DNA of 64,000 bases from Candidatus Dojkabacteria bacterium (GTDB taxonomy: Bacteria; Patescibacteriota; Dojkabacteria; J137): assembly GCA_030834985.1 (NCBI GenBank), contig JAUQWV010000002.1, positions 4,435 to 68,434 on the forward strand, given 5' to 3'. A program made the translations under genes and the position numbers. This document shows positions 57,437 to 64,000 of the stretch, one piece after another; the stretch's first letter is position 1; each line of letters starts with the position of its first letter. The notes below the pieces were generated by a model. The model saw nothing but the letters and a program-made list of their open reading frames with translations. It was not told the DNA's origin and did no database searches.

Positions 57437-58198
57437 ATGTTTTCACTGCAAGATAAAGTTGCAATAGTTACTGGCGCTGCTTCTGGGCTAGGTAAGGAGA
57501 TTGCTCTTTTGTTCGCCAGACAAGGTGCAAAGGTTGTTGCTGCTGACTATAACAAAGAAGCATTAGATCAATTCAAAAGTCAGATCTCTACAGACTTGAC
57601 AATTTCACCAGTAGCAGGTGATATTTCTAATTTAGAAGATGTTAAAAATATATATGCTCATGCTCAAAGTGAATTCGGCGGCGTTGATATTGTTGTAAAT
57701 AATGCTGGAGTTATGGATAAGTTAGAACCTATTGGAGACTTATCAGACGAAGTATACGATAAAGTTATAAACACAAACCTAAAAGGAACTTTTTATATGA
57801 TGAGAGAAGCTGTAAAGATATTTGAAAAGAAAAGAGCCGGCACAATTGTGAACATCGCATCAATCGCTGGACTTGAAGGTGGAAGAGCAGGAGCAGCTTA
57901 TACTGCCAGCAAACATGGAATCATCGGTTTAACAAAGAATACAGCATACTTTTATACAAAGGCAAATATTAGAGTGAATGTAATCGCTCCTGGTGCAATG
58001 AAAACAAATATAATGAGCGGTAATATCGATTTATCGAATATAAGTGATTTAGTTAAGTCAATGTTGTCTACACAGGGTAATCAAAAGGTGGCAGATCCAT
58101 CGGAAGTTGCAAATGTAGCATTATTTTTAGCTTCAGATGAAGCAAGCTTTGTAAACGGAGCTGTAGTAGTAGCAGATGGAGGTTGGACGACATACTAA
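57437..58198 (+). CDS. Short-chain dehydrogenase/reductase (FabG-like SDR)
   Basis: TGAASGLG, NNAG, YTASK, NVIAPG, DGG. Confidence 0.95.
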   Translation: MFSLQDKVAIVTGAASGLGKEIALLFARQGAKVVAADYNKEALDQFKSQISTDLTISPVAGDISNLEDVKNIYAHAQSEFGGVDIVVNNAGVMDKLEPIGDLSDEVYDKVINTNLKGTFYMMREAVKIFEKKRAGTIVNIASIAGLEGGRAGAAYTASKHGIIGLTKNTAYFYTKANIRVNVIAPGAMKTNIMSGNIDLSNISDLVKSMLSTQGNQKVADPSEVANVALFLASDEASFVNGAVVVADGGWTTY

Positions 58199-58205
58199 AC
58201 TTTTT

Positions 58206-60977
58206 ATGTTGAATAAAAGACTATGTGCTACAGCGTTTATATTGCTTGTACTAATTAGTGCATTTTCTTTTTATACCAATATTAATGCAGCCGCAGTAAG
58301 AGGCATATCGGGTGATTTTTGGGCTGATACAATTTTAGGCAAAAGAGATTTTACCGAAATGGGATTAAACAAGATTGTTGATTATGAAGTTTTTAATCCA
58401 GGTGGAGTAACTATTGATAATAGTGTTGAAGACGGCAGAATGTATGTATGGGATTCTGGAAATAATAGGATTTTAGGTTTGAATCTAGGAGATTTAGATG
58501 GCTCACCATACCATGCTGATATTGTAATTGGCCAGCCGTCTGGAACAGATTGGGGTGCTTGTAATCAAGATGGTAGCTTTCAAAATGATCCCAATTCATC
58601 TATTCCCAATGCTTCTACATTATGCGGTATTCCCGATTACACGCACACAACTGGAGAACATAAAACTTTCTCTAATATGTTTGTGGATAGCTCTGGCAAT
58701 TTATATGTTCCGGATATATTTAATAATAGGGTTTTAAAATACAATTCTCCATTTACAACAGATACAATAGCAGATGAAGTTTGGGGACAACCTAACTTTA
58801 GTGGGCAAAGATGTAATTTAACTACACAAAGATTTGAGTGGCCACCGCCGGCGCCAACAGCAGCTTCGATTTGTTTTTCGTATTGGGATGGCGCCGGCGG
58901 TGGCGGTGCAGTTATTGATTCAGAAGGGAATCTTTGGATAGCTGATTCACTTAATAATCGTGTTCTAAGATTCCCTTCAGTAGAAGGCACGATAAGTAAA
59001 ACTGCAAATCTAGTGCTAGGTCAATCTAACTTTACAACAGGCCCAGAGGCAGGAGGCAGTGCAATAAATAAATTATCTGCACCTCAATCCGTAAGATTTG
59101 ATGATTCAGGCAAGTTATATGTTGCAGACTCCGGTAATAATAGGGTTATAGTCTTTACTCCTCCTTTTACAACAGGAATGAATGGGAGTGTTTTCTTGTC
59201 ATCGTCGTCATTTGAAGAAGCAGTTCAAGGTTTAGAGTTTAGTATAGATAAAACCAGACTATATACACTTTCTAATCCAGGCCCAGTTGTTGATGAATGG
59301 GATTTAGCAGGAAATTATATTCAAGAAGTTGGCGGCGGATACAATTGGGGCGGAGGCAGTATTGGAGTAGATCTAAATGACAATGTTTATTTAAGTGACT
59401 ATATTTATGGTCAGCACGTTTACCAGTTTGTAAGACAGATAAATGATTCTTACGAGATAGGTATTACTTTTTTCCATGATGAAGAAGGAATAGGTTTACG
59501 AATGTTTAATGAAGTAGCGGCAGATAGATCTATTGCGCCTGCAGGCATAAAAACAATAGATGATAGGGTTTATGTTGCAGATGGAAGATTATTATTTTGG
59601 GATAATAAAGATGAATTAACAAATGGACAAGCTCCAGATGGTTATTTAAACTCAACTTCTTTTACAGACTTACCTAATCAAAATTACAGATATGATTCAC
59701 AAATTCAGGTTGATGAACAAGGACGGTTATGGGCCGCCGCCAACAACTTTTACGAAGGTGGCAGAGTTGATGTTTTCTTTCCGCCAATAAATTCTGAAGA
59801 TACCCCAGATTTAACAATAAATGGCACAATACCTCTTGTTGGCGGCGGCTCTATAACAATTGGAATGGATGGCGAAAACTCAGTAGGTTTTAACGGTATA
59901 GAAGTTTCAGATGATGCTCAATATTTATGGATTACAGAAACGAATAGACACCGGGTAATAAGAATTAAAGATCCATTAACTAACCCTGTAGTTGATGTAA
60001 TACTTGGCCAAGTAAACTCTACTGGTAAAACATGCAATCGTGGTTTAAGTGGTTATGATTGGGATGCAAATCCTACTTACTTATGTTTACCGTCATACTT
60101 AAGTTTTGATAATTTTGGCAACTTATATGTTAGCGATCACTTCTTTGAATGGGATGGGAATTATAGACTTTTAATGTTTACTGCAAATACATTTCCTGAT
60201 GATTTAACTTCAGTTTTATATGCTCCGGCAGCAAAAAAGGGCTTTCCTGCTGCCAGTTTTGAGGTTACATTTGATGAGGAAAACACAATGGTATTGGGTA
60301 CTAATCCATATACAGGTAATAGATATTTAAGATACTATAATAATCCGCAGAATTTTAATCCTTCTAATCCATTTGATACAGCGTTTAACACTTATGTAGG
60401 AACGCTCAATGATTTTTACGGCTGGCCGATTGGATTAGAATTTGATGAAGAAGGTAACTTATATGTAGGAGATGGTAATAGGGGAAAAATTTTGATATAT
60501 GACCGACCTTTTAATACATCTAATACACTACCTGTTTTAACACAAGTTACTCCAGTGCCAACACCGACTATAGATTCAACTCCAGACTATACCTTTAATT
60601 CTACAAAAGCAGGGACAATAAGCTATGGTGGTAGTTGTTCAAGCACAACGACTATAGCAATCACTGGTAATAATACTATCACCTTCAATCATTTAGCTGA
60701 TGGAACTTATTCTAACTGTACAATAACAGTAAGTGATAGCCTTGATAATAGCAGTAATGTGTTAAATGTTTCAGCTTTTACAATAACCGCAAGAACTCAT
60801 TTTCTTAGGACAAAAGGAGATTTTAATACAAATGGGAAAATTGATTTGTCAGATTTAAGCATACTTGCTACGTACTGGCTACAAGCCAATGCTATTGCAG
60901 ATGCTAATCTTGACGGTGTTACAAATATATCTGATCTTAGCATTTTGGCTACCTATTGGCTGCAAAACTTTTCTTAA
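58206..60977 (+). CDS. Secreted NHL-repeat beta-propeller protein with Ig-like domain and dockerin, paralog of 54634..57393
   Basis: Same architecture (AVRG..GD.WAD, IADEVWGQ, LTQVTPVP...TP.YTF...KAGT). ATG 58206 preferred. Confidence 0.88.
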   Translation: MLNKRLCATAFILLVLISAFSFYTNINAAAVRGISGDFWADTILGKRDFTEMGLNKIVDYEVFNPGGVTIDNSVEDGRMYVWDSGNNRILGLNLGDLDGSPYHADIVIGQPSGTDWGACNQDGSFQNDPNSSIPNASTLCGIPDYTHTTGEHKTFSNMFVDSSGNLYVPDIFNNRVLKYNSPFTTDTIADEVWGQPNFSGQRCNLTTQRFEWPPPAPTAASICFSYWDGAGGGGAVIDSEGNLWIADSLNNRVLRFPSVEGTISKTANLVLGQSNFTTGPEAGGSAINKLSAPQSVRFDDSGKLYVADSGNNRVIVFTPPFTTGMNGSVFLSSSSFEEAVQGLEFSIDKTRLYTLSNPGPVVDEWDLAGNYIQEVGGGYNWGGGSIGVDLNDNVYLSDYIYGQHVYQFVRQINDSYEIGITFFHDEEGIGLRMFNEVAADRSIAPAGIKTIDDRVYVADGRLLFWDNKDELTNGQAPDGYLNSTSFTDLPNQNYRYDSQIQVDEQGRLWAAANNFYEGGRVDVFFPPINSEDTPDLTINGTIPLVGGGSITIGMDGENSVGFNGIEVSDDAQYLWITETNRHRVIRIKDPLTNPVVDVILGQVNSTGKTCNRGLSGYDWDANPTYLCLPSYLSFDNFGNLYVSDHFFEWDGNYRLLMFTANTFPDDLTSVLYAPAAKKGFPAASFEVTFDEENTMVLGTNPYTGNRYLRYYNNPQNFNPSNPFDTAFNTYVGTLNDFYGWPIGLEFDEEGNLYVGDGNRGKILIYDRPFNTSNTLPVLTQVTPVPTPTIDSTPDYTFNSTKAGTISYGGSCSSTTTIAITGNNTITFNHLADGTYSNCTITVSDSLDNSSNVLNVSAFTITARTHFLRTKGDFNTNGKIDLSDLSILATYWLQANAIADANLDGVTNISDLSILATYWLQNFS

Positions 60978-61127
60978 GAAAAATTAAATTTTTTTAGTGT
61001 TGCTGGTTGGTGTTTATCTGCGTTATTGCCATTGTAATATAGATTCTAGAGGTTGTTTTCATAACATCTTTTTATTAAACTTGCATTAACTATAAACACT
61101 TCTTTTTTTATGTTTTAAATTGTACGT

Positions 61128-64000
61128 ATGAAGAATTCAAGGCAGCATTTCAATGTAGTTATATTAGATGATGATTTTCTAATAAAAGAAGTACTAAAGA
61201 AACTGATAAAACGTTATCTGCCTGATGCAGAATTTTTCGTTTCTAATAATGGACTTGAAGGTATTGGTTTGATTGAACTTCATGCGCCTCAGCTAATAAT
61301 TGCAGATGCTACATTGCCTAAATATGCTGGTGCAGAGTTAGTAAATCGTTTAAAAAATACTAAAGGTTTTACTGCAGATACAAATGTTGTATTTCTTCAT
61401 GAAAGTGATAAATTCCCAGAATTAAATGATCCTGCAATTATTAAGTTAAATAAGAGTGATATATCTTTCATTAAAGAATTTGAAAAATACCTTGCTTTTA
61501 CTTTTTCTAAAACACCACAATACAGCTTTAGAGAAAAAGCTCAAAATATTTTAGGTGGAGTAATTGTAAAAGTAAGCAATTATTGTGATGTTTTAATGCA
61601 TAGTGTTTCCAAAAGTAGATCGCTTTTACATATTCCCAGATACCTTATTTGGATAATTTTGCAAGTATATTTAAGCTTTGTAATGACAATTTTTTATATC
61701 TTTACAGGGGGTCGGGTTCCTGAAAATAAAAATACTTCTGCTAGAGAATTAACATTGTATAGAGTGCGGTACTATCCAACAATTGTAACAATTACTTTAG
61801 CTGTAATTGGGATTGTATTTCAAACATTTGCATTTTTAGTAGCAGGACTTGCAATATTAAATCAAAATATAAACTTTTTAATAGCACAAAGTGTATGTCC
61901 ATTGCCTGCTGCTCCTTCTATAATTAATAATCAGGTAACCTTAACTCCAGACAATGAGGATGGAATAATTGATTGCTCGGCTGTAGATATTATAGTTGGG
62001 TCAACTGGAGAATTAATAATAGAAAAAAGAGTAGATGGTAATGGCAATACACAAGGCGACTATGGTGTAACACTTTTAGTAAATAATTTAACAGTACAAA
62101 GCGGAGGAAAGGTTAATGCAGACGGCAAAGGATATAGCATAGTTGAAACGGATGCTGGAGCAGGAAAAGGTGGAAGCTCTTCTGGTCAAACTGGTGGAGC
62201 TGGTGGAGGTCATGGTGGAGCCGGTGGTCAAGGTATTGAAGATGGTGTCAACGCATCAGGTTTTGGAGGAACTCCGTATGGTAATAATGAAACTCCAATT
62301 ACACTTGGAGCCGCTGGTGGTAATGGCGGAAATACTGCAGGTAACTTTCAGCGTAGCTGGTCAAGTAATGCACACTTTACGGCTTTAGGTACAAGCTTTT
62401 CTGAAGGGTTAGAATCTCCAGTTGCTGGAGGTTTGGCTTTAAAAGCAAGTTCTCAAGATCCTCTAACATATTCAACTGGTGAGCAGACTTGGTTTTCTGG
62501 AATTATAGATGCTGCTCAATTCGAACTATTTAAACCAACTAATATAACTGCAGACTGGACCTTAGACGGTACAGATAATATTGCACCTAAATTTCAGATA
62601 TGGGGTTCTGCTACAGGAAGCTTTTCTGGTGAACAGGCAGTATATCCAGCAGCGGATGCTTATTATCAAAATGGAGGTACTTATTCAATTAACGATAACT
62701 CACAGCTTTCAATAACTGATCAGGTGCAAACATTCTATAGATACTGGCAAGTTAAAATTATTCTTGAAACAGGAGCTACTGATACAGATACACCAAAGGT
62801 GGTGTCGTTAACTATTAATGGAGCGACGCAACAATCTTCGAATCCTTCGGGCGGAGCAGGTGGAGGCGCATTAAAGATTGTTGCGTCGCAAGCAGTAGTA
62901 ATCGATGGAACTATCTCTGCTAATGGTCTAGATGGTCAAGCTTCTGGCAATACTTCCGGTGGAGGTGGCGCAGGAGGAAGCATTTGGATCCTAGCCAATA
63001 CATTTGCAGGTAGCGGTAGTGTGCAGGCTAAAGGTGGTAGTGCTGCAGAAGTTACATATCAAGGTGGAGGTGGCGGAGGTGGAAGAATTGTAATGCTTTG
63101 TACAACAAGCAACGGATTTACCGGTACAGCCAGTGTGACTCCAGGAGTAACCGCTAATTCACAAGATGGAGGAGTAGGAACAATTATTGGAGCAACGTGT
63201 AGTCCAAATGCTCCTACAATTTTAAAACAATTTAAATCTAATCAATTAACTGAGGTACCTATTGGAGGTATAACAACAGAGTCTACTGTTGTATTTGTTG
63301 GTGATTTATCCGATGTAGACGCCTCTGATGTATTGTCTTTACAAATAGAAGTAAGACCATTAGGTCAAGAATTTACAGGTGTTCCAACTCATACACAATC
63401 AACTGCATTTGCAAATCCTCAGCCATGTTCTTCACCTGTTGCAAATTGTGGAAGAATTACTGTTACAGGAATGACAAGATCTTTAGAATACCATTGGAGA
63501 GCTAGAGTCAGAGATAATAAAGGTGGTTATAGTGCATGGATAAGTTTTGGAGCTAATAATGAAAATGAAAGAGATATTTTATTAACAGGTAATCCAGCAG
63601 CAATTCAATTTGTATCTGGCAACTCGCAAAGTGGTACGGTAAATACGAATCTGCCAAGTCCTTTAGTAGTAAGAGTTGTTGATGTTGAAGGGTATCCTGT
63701 ACCCGGCTATACAGTTAATTGGACCGTAGTGGCTGGTGCAACAGGCGGTCAGCTAGTAGCTGGAAATGCTGTTACAGATAATGATGGTTATAGTTCACGA
63801 ACTTATAAGCTAGGGCAAAAGATAGGTACTAATACAATTAGAGCAGCCGGCTCAGGCTTGGCAGGAAGTCCTATCGACTTTTCTGCAACGGGTAATCCAG
63901 ATGTAATTGCCAAATTTACTGTAACTGGACCTCAATACGCTATTACAAATGAACAATTTGGCCCTGTGACTGTCACAGCTTACGATCAATATGATAATGT
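61128..64000 (+). CDS. Giant membrane-anchored surface protein with N-terminal receiver (REC) domain; 3'-truncated and absent from the ORF track
   Basis: Hand translation is stop-free from ATG 61128 to the window end (957 codons). VVILDDD...SNNGLEG...PQLIIADATLPKYAGAEL, two hydrophobic segments, Gly-rich repeats, YHWRARVRD (FN3-like), SGNSQSGTVNTNLPSPLVVRVVD (invasin/Big_1-like). Confidence 0.88.
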   Translation, partial: MKNSRQHFNVVILDDDFLIKEVLKKLIKRYLPDAEFFVSNNGLEGIGLIELHAPQLIIADATLPKYAGAELVNRLKNTKGFTADTNVVFLHESDKFPELNDPAIIKLNKSDISFIKEFEKYLAFTFSKTPQYSFREKAQNILGGVIVKVSNYCDVLMHSVSKSRSLLHIPRYLIWIILQVYLSFVMTIFYIFTGGRVPENKNTSARELTLYRVRYYPTIVTITLAVIGIVFQTFAFLVAGLAILNQNINFLIAQSVCPLPAAPSIINNQVTLTPDNEDGIIDCSAVDIIVGSTGELIIEKRVDGNGNTQGDYGVTLLVNNLTVQSGGKVNADGKGYSIVETDAGAGKGGSSSGQTGGAGGGHGGAGGQGIEDGVNASGFGGTPYGNNETPITLGAAGGNGGNTAGNFQRSWSSNAHFTALGTSFSEGLESPVAGGLALKASSQDPLTYSTGEQTWFSGIIDAAQFELFKPTNITADWTLDGTDNIAPKFQIWGSATGSFSGEQAVYPAADAYYQNGGTYSINDNSQLSITDQVQTFYRYWQVKIILETGATDTDTPKVVSLTINGATQQSSNPSGGAGGGALKIVASQAVVIDGTISANGLDGQASGNTSGGGGAGGSIWILANTFAGSGSVQAKGGSAAEVTYQGGGGGGGRIVMLCTTSNGFTGTASVTPGVTANSQDGGVGTIIGATCSPNAPTILKQFKSNQLTEVPIGGITTESTVVFVGDLSDVDASDVLSLQIEVRPLGQEFTGVPTHTQSTAFANPQPCSSPVANCGRITVTGMTRSLEYHWRARVRDNKGGYSAWISFGANNENERDILLTGNPAAIQFVSGNSQSGTVNTNLPSPLVVRVVDVEGYPVPGYTVNWTVVAGATGGQLVAGNAVTDNDGYSSRTYKLGQKIGTNTIRAAGSGLAGSPIDFSATGNPDVIAKFTVTGPQYAITNEQFGPVTVTAYDQYDN

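Larger units (their letters stand above)
54469..60977 (+). repeat. Three dispersed copies of a ~162-nt dockerin-coding module (54469-54630, 57232-57393, 60813-60977)
   Basis: Shared GDFN...LSDLSILATYW...ADAN.D...NISDLSILA..W, also similar at DNA level (TCTGAyyTAAGyAT). Confidence 0.85.

Noticed and set aside
2500-62388. Numerous short antisense or out-of-frame ORFs in the track (for example 9638..10054, 45977..46288, 58637..58990, 62143..62388)
   Set aside because: They lie inside well-supported genes and show no motifs; shadow ORFs.

Overview
AT-rich bacterial chromosomal segment in standard code 11. Gene content and style suggest Patescibacteria/CPR, possibly Dojkabacteria-like; this is inference only. 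Layout: (1) 1-13.6 kb is a surface-protein region with an FN3 protein plus MacB-type ABC pair, a WxL/csc-like cluster and a tail-fibre-like protein. (2) 13.6-35.7 kb is housekeeping (def, CCA enzyme, pnp, murJ, rsmA, ftsEX, secG, mraZ-rsmH-ftsL-PBP, trhO) plus a cohesin/dockerin-like pair. (3) 36.5-48 kb is a glycolysis/lactate cluster (gpmI, pfkA, pgk, gap, tpiA, fbaB, ldh, eno, pyk). (4) 48.0-49.5 kb is a GC-rich array of four small, divergent SH3-like genes, each with its own extended -10 promoter, Shine-Dalgarno site and perfect hairpin; this is my best candidate for an undescribed system. (5) A WecA-like gene and nusA-ylxR-tRNA-Glu follow, then a decayed island with recombinase, NUDIX and orphan dockerin fragments and two dockerin-tailed NHL propeller proteins. 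(6) An ORF missing from the supplied track (61128 to beyond 64000) fuses a response-regulator receiver domain to a giant surface protein. All family calls come from motif recognition by eye; no searches were run.
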